A DNA stretch of 64,000 nucleotides from Felis catus. Lineage: Eukaryota. The stretch lies in assembly GCF_018350175.1 (NCBI RefSeq), contig NC_058383.1:19160001-19224000 (forward strand). Reading direction: 5' to 3'. A program made the position numbers and the translations under genes. Below the pieces are notes generated by a model. It did no database searches, had not been told where the DNA came from, and saw only the letters and a list, made by a program, of their open reading frames with translations. Within the stretch, counting starts at the first letter, position 1. Every line of letters starts with the position of its first letter. This document shows positions 51,824-64,000 of the stretch, one piece after another.

Positions 51824-53589
51824 TACCATTTCCTTTATGGAGGAGACAAAAGTGCTTGGGGCCCCTGCACGTCTTGATGTGACCCTGCAGTGGGTCACAG
51901 CTTTTCTCGGGCTCTCGGGACTGAGCAAGACCGATTCCAGCACAGGGGGGTGACTCCAGCTAGCAGCGTCCCCTTGCCCAGTCCTGCGACTTCAGCCAAG
52001 AGGTGCTGGGAAAGACAGAACTCCCTGTTTCTTTCCCCAGTGACCAGAGTCTTACACACCCGAAGGGGTGTGCGAGCAGGCTGGAAGATGTCCGTTTTTC
52101 CCCAGTCCCTCTGAAAAATGAGACAGATCCACTTGGGAAAAACACAAAGTCATTTGGAGAGTCCCTGCACAGTCGAGCTAACTGTGGGCTTTTAGTAAAA
52201 ACTGCGGTGGCACAGAAAGAAACGTGACCAATTCTGGGAAATAATCAGAGCTCGTGCAGAAGCCAGAAGGAGCATTTTGTTAAGTAAGAAGGGAAGGCGA
52301 TTTTGCAATAAAACAAACAAATGGCCAAGGTGAGGTTGCTGTTTGGAATTGGGTTTCAGGAGCCATTTTCAGAGCAAGGTATGAATTGAAGAGGGAGCAG
52401 CTCCACGGCCTGTGAGGTGGAAATTACAGACAGAGGCTTAGGGACCTTAGAGCTTCTCTTAGTGTGGTGATTTGTAACTTCTTACCATAAACCATCACTT
52501 ATTATTTTAGGATGAGTTTCTTGATAATTCTTGGGTCTGTGCTAAAAAAGAATCCCACATTAATAACCCCCTCTGTTCAGTCTCCCTGCTCTGGTCAGAC
52601 CGGGTCTTTTGTCCATAACCTAGAAGCAAGTACTTTTGTGTATTTTTGCGTCTAACAATGCAGAGAGTCGAAGTCAGAGAAAAGCGTTTTTCCATATTAT
52701 TAAGGATCCTTTTGCTTGCAAGTGACAAGAACCCAATCGTATTAGCTACCAGAGAAAAGAGGGTGATGATAGAACCCTATTGATTCATGTAATTGACAAA
52801 TACAAGGTGGCTGAGCTTCAGGCATGGCTGCATCCAGGTGTTCATGTCATCAGGTATCTATCTATAGCTCCAAACTCTGCTTTTTTCTGACTTTGTTCTC
52901 AGCTAGGCTTTGTCCACGTGGAGAGAAAATGGTCCCGAGCGGCTCCAGGCTCACATAAGATTCCAGAGGTAGAGAGAGCTCCTTTCCAATAGCTCCTACA
53001 AAACCTCAAGGAGGATCGTGACTGGACCACAGGCTCATAGACTCATTCCTGAACCAGTCTCCGTGCGACAGAATGCAATACTCCGATTAGCCAGGCCTGG
53101 GTCCCTAGCCATACCCATGGCATGGGCTTAGCCATGGGCCAAGCAGGATTATTACGCAGTGGTGGACAAGTGGTTGCCCAGACGAACGGGTTGACTGCAA
53201 ATCCAAATGGCCTGTCAAGCCGGGAGGTCGTCAAGGAGGTCAGCGGTGGGGCTAAAGGACTCAGCCCTAGGAATGGCAGAGGTCTTAATCTGGATTCCTT
53301 CAAAGCAGATCCCAAGATGGAGATTTGGGTGCAGGTGGTTTATGTGGAAGGGGATCCCAGGAAGTTCGGCGGGAGAGTGGAGAGGAAGACAGGAAGGGAG
53401 GAAAGCCAGTAAAGGGAGAGTTGATGAGCAGGTGGCTGCTGTGGGCCCCTGGGGTTCTGTCCCGCTGGGCCCCTCTGAGTGTGCAGAACGGACCTCGGAA
53501 CTGTTCACCCAACGAGTGAGAAAGCTAGTTTTACGTGCCAGCTAGCTCCTGTCCGTCACTACTTAAGAGTCACTCCCAAGGCGGCCTTA

Positions 53590-54170
53590 CCGCAGGCCAG
53601 CCTCATTTCTGACCAGCTGACAAATTCGGGGTTCCCACAACCCCCTCGTGCTAGTCCACCGGCACTGCTCACAGAACTCAGGGCAGCGCTATATTTAGGA
53701 TTACAGTATTGTTGTAAAGGGTGCAGTCGGGGCCCGCCAAAGGAAGAGACTCTCAGGGTGGGGTCTGGGAGGGCCTCAGAGGCAGACCCTCCGTGCCCAC
53801 CTGATTCGGGGAGAATCAGTGCACCGTCCTTGTGGCCCAGCAGTGTTGTTCGTGAACCAGGAAGCTCACTGGAGCCTGGGGGCCTGAGTGTTTACTGGGG
53901 GCTCATTGCTCGGGCATGATTGATTGATTGGTATTGAGCCAGCTGAAAGCCCCATGCTCTGATCACAGGTTGGATACCTCTCTCTCTCTCTCCCTCTCTC
54001 TCTCTCTCCCAGCCCCCATCTTCAGTCCTCTCCTTCATTAACAAAACCTCAGGCGTGATCCAATGACTCGTGAATAACAAAGACCCTCCAATTACTCAGG
54101 AAATCCCAAGGATTTAGAGTTCCCCTCTCAGAACTGAGGAAGAAGGCCAGTCACATTCTTTATTAAACAG
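53590..54170. mobile_element. MER21-like (ERVL) LTR
   Basis: ctcacagaactcagg...ccaggaagctcact...ggcatgattgatt...gaataacaaagac...actcaggaaatcccaagg motifs. Confidence 0.75.
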
Positions 54171-54454
54171 GGGTCTGGGTGGGCCAACTGGAAGCCGTAC
54201 CGGTAGGTGAGTTGTTGCCTGCCTGCAGCCGGGTTTTGTTTGGGCCGACTGGCGGGCCCGATCACATTTGGGACCGATCACATTTGAGGCGGGGAGGGGC
54301 CTGGACGGTCTCCTCCTATTTGGGACAAGTACCTTAAGCACTTGCAGGAGGGCTGGGCCTGCTTGGCCCGAGGGCTTCCGTGGGGAGTCCTGGAGGGTCT
54401 GGGATGCCTCTCGCCAGCTCCCGGTTCCCACCCCTCCTGTGTCCACGAGGTGGT

Positions 54455-54810
54455 TGATCACAGTATCCGGTCTGAAACCCTTCCAGCCAGAAGTATCCCA
54501 GAATCCAGAACTTTCCAGATTTGGGAAGGTAACGTGACACCTAGACCATCTATTACCTAACACTGCAGGGGGGGCTGGGCAGCACCCTGTAAGCAAACAC
54601 ATTCATATTTCTGCATAAAGCCCATGAATATTCATGCCAGGGGGATAAATAAAGGTAGTAGCTTCACATCCATTCAGGTCAGGCCTTCCTGCTGAATGAG
54701 TTCAGGCCAAGTCAGATTTCTGTGTCTAAAATGAGTTACAAAGAAGCTTTTGGATTTCAGAATTTCAGAGAATTTGAAATCGTAGACAGGAAATTATAGG
54801 CTCGGTAGCT
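54455..54810. mobile_element. MER46-like Tigger fossil
   Basis: cagaatccagaactttccagatttgg...ctgggcagcaccctgtaagcaaacacatt...ttttggatttcagaatt. Confidence 0.5.
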
Positions 54811-55314
54811 GCCGTTTATTGAGTGTCTACTGTGGGCGAGGCACCTTCTAAACACATTCCCTCTGTGGAACCCTGTGATGATAGGTGCTATTACTACGCC
54901 CCATTTTACAGTTGAGAAAACTGAGGCACAGGGCTGGTATGTGAAGTTCCATGTGCTTCCCTACTGCACGGGTCCACGCAGGCTGCTGCTGCCGCCGCCC
55001 TGTGCACAGCGTCCCCTCTGGTCCCCGGGGTTCTTTGTCGCTAGGGCCAGATGGGAGATGGGAGAACGAGGCTGATACTTTCAGTACCTGTGGTCTTATC
55101 ACTCCAGAACAGACGTCCCGAATCCAGGTCCCACAGGGACAGTGTGGGGGACAGCAACGGGTAAAGCCAGCTGGAAGCATTACAGCAGTGACCCTGAGGA
55201 CCGTGGCAAACAGGGTCAGCAGCCCACGGTTGCCACGGAGAAATACGGCTGGCCTCCAGGGAAAGCCCACATCTGGCTTTTTATGAGAAATCAGATTTTA
55301 AACTCAGTTGTTTC

Positions 55315-55890
55315 TAAAATAGCTTTATTGAGGCACGATTGGTATATCATGAAGCGCACCCATGTGAAGAGTACAGTCGAACGGGTTCCCACAACCATCG
55401 CCATAATCCAGTCTTAAAACCTTTTTATCAACACCCCCCCCGCCGCAAAATCCTCTGTACCCACAAACCCTTCTTACTTGCCTCCAAGTCCCCCAGCCGT
55501 GGGCGACACTAGTCTATTTTCTGTCTCCATCGCTCTGCCTGTCCCGGACATTCTGGATCAGTGAAATTACACGACACGTGGTCTCTCATGACTGGCTTCT
55601 TTCACTCGGCGTGAGGTCCTCACGGTTCGTCTGTGTCGCAGCAGGGTGTGGGCACTCTGTTCCTTTTTGCCGCCGAACGACGTTCCGTGGTGCACAGACC
55701 CAGCACGTCGTGCCTCTCCACTTAGGAGTGGATGGCCCTGTGTGTTGTTTCCACCTTTTGGCTAGCTGGGAGCATTCCGCTGTGAGGCCACGACCCCCCA
55801 CGTACCAAAGTTTGTGGGGACGTGTGTTTTCCTAGGGGAGGAAAGGTTGGGTCGTGTGGTGACCCTGAGCTTCAACTTTTTAACTCAAAA
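55315..55890 (-). mobile_element. Old L1 3' fragment
   Basis: atagctttattgagg...ctatttttctgtctccat..gcctgtcccggacatt...gactggcttctttcactc...gtttccaccttttggcta. Confidence 0.75.
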
Positions 55891-55896
55891 CGTTTT

Positions 55897-56116
55897 TTTT
55901 GTTTTTTTTTTAACGTTTATTCATTTTTGAGACAGAGAGAGACAGAGCATGAATGGAGGAGGGGCAGAAAGAGAGAGGGAGACACAGAATCTGAAACAGG
56001 CTCCAGGCTCTGAGCTGTCAGCACAGGGCCCGATGCGGGGCTCGAACTCACGGACCGCGAGATCATGACCTGAGCCGAAGTCGGATGCCCAACCGACTGA
56101 GCCACCCAGGCGCCCC
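55897..56116 (-). mobile_element. Felid Can-SINE
   Basis: Perfect 17-bp TSD ttaactcaaaacgtttt at 55880-55896 and 56117-56133. Confidence 0.95.
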
Positions 56117-57073
56117 TTAACTCAAAACGTTTTAAATGTGCCAGCCGACAGAACCTCAGTGCAGACCCTCGTCTCCCTCCCTGGCCCCAGCCAAAAACAG
56201 AAACCAACTGGTTTTTGTCCTGAGGACTGGAGCGAAGACAGCTCCCTCTTTCTCTCCTCCCACCTCCCCACTCAGAGGCCCCTGACCTAATCTCAGTAAA
56301 TTAAGGCTTCTGGAAATGAAAGCCAGGAACGGAAGGATTTGCAGATGGGTTTTTCCTGCCCCTTTCCTGCAAAACCTCTGGGATAAGGAAGTTCAGAGCC
56401 TCTGAATGATGGGAAAGCTAAGGGGGGGAGGGGGGGAGGGGGATTGGAATCAAGGGGAAAAAACACAAATTAACATCTTAAAATATTATCCAGCCACACC
56501 CATTTGCTTAAGGATCAGTTGGCATACCGCGGTGTGCCCGAGGTTAATATTCAGCAAATGTACAGCTCCCCGTGTGATCAAGTTCCAGCCCCTCTAGAGA
56601 TGTAAAAATATATAGAAGTCTTTTCTCACTTAGCCTAATTTGACCACTTTCAGGATTTTTTTTTTTTAAACGAAGTCTGTTTTTGCCATTTCTGGTTGGT
56701 ATTTATCAAAGGTTACATTTGTAGAATCAGATCCAGAACCTTCCCCTGACTACAAAGCGTGGCCTTTGCCTTCCTCTCGAACTAACTCCTCTCCTGCATT
56801 TCAGTCCCTCCTGGCTGTTCCTCGCACTCTGAGCTGGTCCAGCCCAACCCCGGGGCTGCTGGCTAGCTCCCTCACTCCTTCAGGCCCGTCTCAAAGGTCA
56901 TCTCCTTAGGGGTTCCTCCCCGCCCCCCCCTTGCTATCTATTCCCTCCTGTATTGTTTTTCTTCATGGTTCACAGCTTGCCTCACGCACTCGGCACTCAG
57001 TGGATGTCTGTTGAATGATACAAGAACTTATATACCCTTTTGGTTACTAATGGCACCCCTCCCTTCTCCCCAG

Positions 57074-57296
57074 ACCAGGATTTCTCGACCTCGGCCCAAC
57101 GTTTCATGCCAGATCATTCTTTGTTGTGGGACGAGAGGGGCTGTCCTGGACGTGGTGGGATCAGCAGCATCCTTGGTCTCTGCCTGCCGGATGCCCCGGT
57201 AGCACCCCCGTCCCCAAGTCACGACAACCACGGTGTCTCCAGACACTGCCGAATGTTCCTTGGGAGGCGAAGTCCTGCCTGGCTGAGGACCATGCC
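57074..57296. mobile_element. MER20 (hAT-Charlie), near full length
   Basis: tttctcgacctcggc...attctttgttgtggg...gctgtcctg...agcagcatccttggtctct...gtctccagacactgccgaatgttcc...gctgaggaccatg. Confidence 0.85.
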
Positions 57297-59991
57297 CTAC
57301 ACGGTGGGCTCTGTGAGGGCGGGGGCCTTGTCTCTCTCCTTCACTGCTGCAACCCGAAAGCCTGGCCCTCTCAGCTCATCCTCGGTGAACGCGTGAGAGC
57401 CGCAGAGGCGACTAGAGTCCCCGCAGCGGGGCTGCTGGTGCTCGAGCCTTTGGGTTTGCAGTTTGGGCTCACAGAGCAAGCGTGGGCCCTGGAACCGGAC
57501 AGACGGGATCCGACCCCAGCGGAGCCACATCTCGCTGCGCAGCCTGGGGCAAGTTACCTGTATTCTCCGAGCCCCTGCGTCGCCTGTGAAAAAGCAGCGG
57601 CAGGATGATTCTGAGCAATGAGACGAAACCACCCACGGAAGAGCCAGTGGCGCGAGTGGACACGTGGAGCGTGCTCAGTACTTGCTTGTTAAACAGGGTT
57701 GGGCTCTCGGGTGAGAACAGGGGCCCGGATGCACTGGTGCGTGCCTAACCGAACCAAGGATCGGCGACCATGCCTCCTGGCCGCTCTGGTTCGGATGATA
57801 AGCTATCTGCCTGCCCCGTTTATGGGGCACTTTGCACGGGCATTACTCCGTGTCGGTATCCTTAGTTCCTTAAAAGAGTGCATATCTTGCCCTCGTGTTT
57901 CCTGAGGCGGAAACCACCCAGCCACCTGCCCCAGCGCCAGCCCCTCCCTCGGATTTGCTCTTTCCTTCTGCCTCCGGGCTCCTTCCTTTCCCCTTGGCTT
58001 CTCTCTGCTTCCTGGGGCCACGGGACTTCAGTTTCAAATGTATTTTGACTCCGCGTTGCTGCCGGTCATCGGGCTTCGTTCTGTGTGACTGCAGGTGGCG
58101 GGTGGTGCTGGGGGGGCAGAGGGCAGGGCTGGTCAGTTGGGAGCTGGGGGAGGTGGGCCCTGACCGCCAGCCTCTCCCCTGGGCGCAGGTGGGTCTTCCA
58201 CACTGGGACAGACAGAAACTTGGAGAAACGCTCCGCATCAAAGTAACTTAAAGGCTGGTTGGAAAGGTGGGAAAGCCCTCGCTGTCACGTAACGGGTGAC
58301 AGAGGCAGACAGACATTTGTCCTTCATTTTGCCTCCCTCCTTCCGTCTGTCCCTCCCTCCCTTTCTTCCTTCCACAGATAGTCCTTGAGCGTCTCCCCCT
58401 GCCCCCATCAGGTGCGGGGAGAACCCCACAGGCTCTCTGTCCTGGGGGCTTTTGTCTAGAGGGGGAGGCGGTGATTGAAGCAGTATTGGAGCCACTGATA
58501 GGAAGAAGCAGCCCCAAGGCTGTCACAGGGGACCTTGCCCAGAAGGGGGTGCGCCCTCTTGAGGCGTAAAGGATGGGGGTGGTTAGTGGGTGGCTGAGTT
58601 GGGGGAGGGGGTAAAGGGGGTTGGAGAGCGTGTTCCAGGGAGAAGGGCAGCAAGGAGGAGGGCCCCGGGCGGGCGCATGTTCTCAGGGCGGACAATCCCT
58701 GAGGAGGTGGCCGTGGGAGGAGCCTGGAGAGCTCCTCCAGGAGCAGGGCAGGCGGATGTGAGATCAGAGGTGGAGGGGGCAGGGCCTCCGTCTTCTCCCC
58801 AGGGCATCAGTGAAGGGTTTTCAGGGCAGGTTCGGGGAAGGTGCCACCTGGAGTGGCTGGTGGGGACTGTGCTGGTGGGGGTGGGGAAGTGGGGCGGGCT
58901 TGTGGCTGTCTGAGGATCCCGGGCCAGGAGACGTGGGGGCTGGCTATGTTGGGGTAGTGGGGAGCCCCTGAGGGTTTTAAGCAAGGAAGATGTGAGAGGG
59001 CTACTGGGATGGTCCAGGTGAGAGATGCGGGTGGCTTAGACCAGGGCGGCAATGGTGGAGGTGTGACAGGTGGTTGGCTACTGGATATGTTTGCAAGGTG
59101 GAACCGACAGGAGGTGCTGATGGGTCGCACTTCGGAGGGATGGGATGGGGGTGGGGGCGGAGAAGGGGCAAGGAGATGAAGGTGGGGGGGAGGGGTGAAG
59201 GCTGGGGAGGAGGAAGGAGGGATGGGCATAGGGGCGGGAATCAGGAGCTCAGATTCGAGGCTAATTTGAGATGCCTGTGAGACGCTGCAGGTGAGTGAGA
59301 TGCAGCCTCTGTCTCCAGGGAACCCAGAGCCGAGTTGGAGGAACCATCTAGGACATGTAGGACACAGCTTAGTGGCAACCGGGTGCGTTAAAGGCTGCCA
59401 CACAGGCACGGAGAACATCGCAGTCATCTGCTGCACTTGGAGAGGTGAAGGGACCCCGCAGAGGTGACAAGTGGGCCATTCCTCGAACAGAGATTGGCAG
59501 AGAGTAGGGAAAGGCATTTCAGGCAGAAGGAACAGCAGGTGCAAAGGCAAGGAGGCCCAACAGGGTGAATCCGTAGTTCACCTGCGGCTTCGGCGTGAGC
59601 GGGAGCACGGGGGGTGCGGGGAGAGATGCTGCTGGAGAGACGGCATGCTTGGCGATCCAGACCTCCCTCTGGAGGCAGTGGGAGCCAGTGGAGGTTCTAG
59701 ATCAGGGGAGTGCGATAGGCAGGAGTGCCTTTTTGGAAGGTCCTGTTCTGCTCCTCGGCCAGTCAGAGCGACCTCCTCCACAGGCGGAGGGGCGAGGATG
59801 TGCTTCCAGGGCAGTGTTTCTCAACCCTGTTTTCATCACTGCTCTCCTAGGAGCCTTGTTAGAAGTGTTTCTTCCTAATTCTCCCTTCCTCCGTGAAATT
59901 TTAACTCCACGGGTGTGCCGCATATCTGTTTATGTATTCTGTGTACATCTGTGCTTTTTTATAAGAAGAGTTAGATTTTTTTTTGCGTGTA

Positions 59992-60723
59992 CACGTGACC
60001 CTTGAACAACATGGGGGTTAGGAGTACTGACTCCCCATGCGGTCAAAAATCCAGGTATAGCTTTTAACCCTCGCAAAACTCAACTGCTAATAGCCTACTG
60101 TTGACAGGAAGCCGTACTGACAACATGAAGAATCGATTAATACATATTGGCATATGTATTAATACTGTATTCTTGGGGTGCCCGGGGGGGCTCAGTCAGT
60201 TGAGCATCTGATTTTGGCTCAGGTCGTGATCTCATGGTTCGTGAGTTCAAGCCCCGTGTTAGGCTCTGTGCTGACAGCTCAGATCCTGGAGCCTGCTTTG
60301 GATTCTGTGTCTCCCTTTCTCTGCCCCTCCCCTGCTCGTGCTGTGTCTCTCAAAAATGAATAAACGTTAAAAAAATTGTTTTTAATTCTTCCAATAAAAT
60401 AAGCTGGGAAAGAAAATACAATTAACAATACCCTAAGTGGGGCGCCTGGGTGGCTCAGTTGGTTGATCATCTGACTCTTGACTTTGGGTCATGATTCCGG
60501 GGTTGTGGGATTGAGCCCCACGTTAAGGTTCTCTGGATCTCTCTCTCTCTCTCTCTGCCCCTCTCCCCTGCTCATTCTCTCTCTCTCTTTCTAAAATAAA
60601 AAAAAAAAAAGAGAATATCACAAGAAAGAGAAAATACATCTAAAGTACTGTACTTATTGAAAAAACAATCCATGTTGTAAGTGAACCCGTGCTGTTCAAA
60701 CCCGTGTTGTTCAAGCTTGACTG
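59992..60723. mobile_element. Tigger2a-like (TcMar) MITE with both TIRs, interrupted by two Can-SINEs (60175-~60380 and 60439-~60612, both +)
   Basis: ta|cacgtgacccttgaacaacatggg ... cccgtgttgttcaagcttgactg inverted termini. Internal aatagcctactgttgac motif. Confidence 0.85.
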
Positions 60724-61124
60724 CTGATGGGGGCCTTGCTGAGTTGAGCATGTTCCCGTTAGGCTGCCTCTGGCAGAGGGAGTTAAGCGATGCCCTGCGA
60801 ACCCCGGGGCTGGCCTCTGCCCTCCTCTGATTGGCTGGCTGTGGGTCTTTGCTGCCTTCACTAGTTGTGTGTGATTTAATTTGCTTCCACTGAGCAACTG
60901 CTAGGCACCACGCGTGTGCGAGATCCGGGGGGCAGATCTGAGCAGGGCCCGGCCCTGCTCTCTGCGGGCTTATCGCCAGGGGGTGGCCAGCCGACAGGAC
61001 AGGCTGCCAAGGACGGGGGGTGGGGGAGGTCCTCGTCCTGGGGTTGCTCAGAGAGATCGAGACTGCAGCAAAGTTGAGCCCCCATGAGAACTGTAGTGTT
61101 TTGTTTTTAAATAAAATTCCAGTT

Positions 61125-62695
61125 ACCAGGAAAGTCGATCGCCTGTACGTTGCTGGCAGGAATGTGAAACGCTACAGCCACTCTGGAAAATACTTCGGCA
61201 GTTCCTTCTCAAAAGTAAAAACGGTCCCAGCAATTGCGTTCTTGGGCATTGATCCCAGAAAAAGGAAGACTTCTTTTCACGCAGGAAACTGTACATGAAT
61301 GTTCATAGCAGCTTCATTTGTAAGAGCCCCAAGCTGGAAACTAACCAAATGTCCTTCAGTGGAGGAGTAAATAAATGAACCGTGGCATATCCACACCATG
61401 GAATAGTACTCAGCAACAAAAAGGAACCAACCAACTGCTAGAAATAACACGCGTTGGTGAGGATGTGGAGACAAGGGAATGCACTGTGGGCGCGAATGCA
61501 GGCTGGTGCAGCTCCTCTGGAAAACCGCAGGGAGGTTCCTCAAAAAATTAAAAATAGAATTACCCTATAACCCAGAAATTCCATACTGGGATTCACACAA
61601 AGAAAAAAACCACTACTTTGAAAAGATATACGCACCCCTATGCTCACAGCAGCGTTATTTACGATAGCCAAGAAATGGAGGCAGCCCAAGTGTCCGGCCA
61701 TAGATGAGTGGATAGAGATGTGGAATATTACTCGGCCATAAAAAAGGAATGAGATCTTGCCGTTTGTAACGTGGATGGACCTAGAGGGAATAAGCGAATA
61801 AGTCAGAGAAAGTCAAATACCATGTGAGTTCACTGACATGCAGGATTTTAAAAAAACAAAACAAATGAACGGACACAAAAACACACAGACGCTTAAATAC
61901 AGAGCACACACTGGCAGTTTCCAGAGGGGAGGTGGCTGGGGTGGTGGTGACACAGGTGACAGGGATTAAGAGGTACAAACTTCTAGTGACAAAACAAGCC
62001 AGGGGGGTGGAAAGCACAGCACAGGGAATGCAGTCAGTAACACTCTCCGGTGACAGACGCCGACAACACTCAGCACGGAGAGCACGAGTCACGGATAGAG
62101 TTGTCGGGTCACTACGTTGTCCACCTGAAACAAATACAACATTGTATGTCAACTATACTTCAATAAGATTCTTTTTCAGGGAACTGGTCACCGATAACAC
62201 ACAACAACTGGGACGGACCTAAAGGGTGTTGAGCGGGAAAGAGCCAATCTCTGAGGATACATACTGCACGATTCCATTCACGGAACATCTGTGCGATAAC
62301 ATAATTATAGACACGGAGAGCAGACGAGGGGTTGCCAGGGAGTAGGAGTGGCAGAACGATGGGTGAGGCTATAAAGGGGTGACATTAGGGGGTCTTGTGA
62401 TGGTGCAGTCGAGTCTCTTGACTGCAGTGGTGAGTAGGCAAGGCTACGGACGTGACAAAATTGTCACAGAGCTATGCGCACGCACACACACTCACAGGTG
62501 CATGCATAACTGGGGAAACCTGAATCAACTCCATGGATTGGGTCAAGGGCAACTCCTTGACTTGGCCGTTGTACCCTAGGACCATGTGGGTTGTGTGTTA
62601 ATAGTGGGGGAAGGGTGTGTGAAACATTCCTGCACAGTCCTTTGCAATCTCCTGCAAATCAATAATTATTTCAGGGTAAGAAACTTAGAAAAAGA
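61125..62695 (+). mobile_element. Nested L1 3' ends: a younger L1MA/carnivore-type piece (~61440-62165) inside an older L1M piece
   Basis: ORF2 C-terminal peptide [24 protein letters not shown]. Inner 3' end aacattgtatgtcaactatacttcaataa. The outer element resumes at ~62190. Confidence 0.85.
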
Positions 62696-62703
62696 AAATT
62701 CCA

Positions 62704-62914
62704 GGGGTGCCTGGGTGGCTCAGTCGGTGAAGGGTCCAACTTCGGCTCAGGTCATGATCTCACGGCTCAGGAGTTCGAGCCCTGCATTGGACTCTGTGCT
62801 GACAGCTCAGAGCCTGGAGCCTGCCTTGGGTTTTGTGTCTCCCTCTCTCTCTCTGCTCCTCCCCCTCACGTGCCGTCTGTCTGTCTCTCTCAAAAATAAA
62901 TAAACGTTAAAAAC
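62704..62914 (+). mobile_element. Felid Can-SINE
   Basis: Full body; flanked on both sides by aaattcc. Confidence 0.92.
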
Positions 62915-62974
62915 AAATTCCGGTTACTGGCGTTAGACCGTGCCTTAGAGGCGATGCAGTTGGAAACCTGTCCT

Positions 62975-63173
62975 TTTTTTAAAGCTTATGTATTTTGAGA
63001 GAGAGTTCCACACAAGTGGAAGAGGGACAGAGAGAGAGGGAGAGAGAATCCCAAGCAGGCTCCATGCTTACAGTGTGGAGCCCGATGCGGGGCTCGATCT
63101 CCCAAACCTTGGGACAACAACCTGAGCCGAAATCAAGAGTAGGACACGTAACCGACTGAACCATCCAAGCGCT
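62975..63173 (-). mobile_element. Can-SINE
   Basis: Antisense body. TSD tggaaacct(g/a)tccttt. Confidence 0.9.
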
Positions 63174-64000
63174 CTGGAAACCTATCCTTTCTGTGTTCCC
63201 TCAGCCCCTGGGCCCACACTTTCCTGTAGCATTATTCTCACCTGTCTGTGGCAGGTCCCAGCAGATCAGAAGCAGAACTGGAACAGTCCTGAGTCCGGGG
63301 CCCCAGGAGAACAGGTGATGCCAAACTCAGCAGCCGTGGGAGGCCCAGAGTGCACTGCTCTGCCCCTCCCACTTTGCTTGGGCCTCTCCCGCTGCCTGTC
63401 TCCTCCTTCCCTCCCTCCCGCTGCCCCTTGTCGGTGAACACGTGCTGACCTTGCCAGACCCAGCTCGAACCTCACCTCCTTTTCCAGGCCTTTCCCCACG
63501 CCCAGGGAAAGCGGGCCTTTCTCTCCCTCAGGTCCCTTTCGGGGGTCGAAAAGGGACCTGGGAGGGAAGATGGGTGAGAGAGTAGGAATACTGCAGGAAT
63601 GGCACAGGCAGGGGACAGGGACACATGGGCCCGGTGGGGCCTGCGAGGCTTGGTGGCCACAGGCTCCAACTAAACGGCACGGGTCCGATCAGACAGCTGA
63701 GGGTCGCCGAGGGAAACTGTGGACCCGTTGTCGCCAGAGTTTCCTACTTGTACAAGAGAAGCCGTAACTCCCAGATTTTAATGGAAATCCTCCAGATTTT
63801 TAAATGTTGGCAAAAAAAAAAAATATATCCATTTTTTACAGCTCTAGCCAACATCTGCAGGTTGGATTCAGCCCATGGGCTGCCAGTTTTAGATACAGCT
63901 TCTGTCTTTCTATTTTAGTATTTGTAATAATTGATTTTACTTCTCTATTTATGTCGTCCTCCTCATTAGCCTTGGGGGAATGGCCATGCCTTATCCACAG

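Noticed and set aside
54258..54287. Short tandem duplication ccgatcacatttg x2; similar ctgatgttt(g/c)aaaatgt x2 near 32544-32589
   Set aside because: Ordinary slippage-type micro-duplications with no array structure.
58807..59550. Longest ORF (247 aa, Pro-rich, minus strand); also 37690-38346 and 8624-9133
   Set aside because: Low-complexity translations of GC-rich or L2-derived DNA with no recognisable domain.

Overview
This is mammalian DNA from a cat-family (felid) genome, judged from abundant felid-type Can-SINEs. The whole 64 kb reads as intronic sequence of GSG1L (claudin/PMP22-superfamily AMPA-receptor auxiliary subunit) on the + strand. Only one coding exon is present: 47606-47758, 153 nt, AG/GT borders, phase 1-1, matching my recollection of human exon 3. 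The rest is interspersed repeats (about 28 Can-SINEs, L1, L2, MIR, MLT1/MER21 LTRs, hAT and Tigger fossils), simple repeats and unique spacers. Nearly all ORFs in the supplied track are spurious. I see no credible novel biological system. The most interesting items are: (1) a ~300-bp locally templated insertion with microhomology junctions that splits a MIR; (2) a 3'-truncated, tailless 5S rRNA retrocopy inside a (CATC)n tract; (3) a frame-preserving exon in a CpG-rich zone, bracketed by inverted SINEs; (4) young SINEs that may be polymorphic; (5) a few motif-dense candidate enhancers. Repeat names come from by-eye recognition and their boundaries are approximate.
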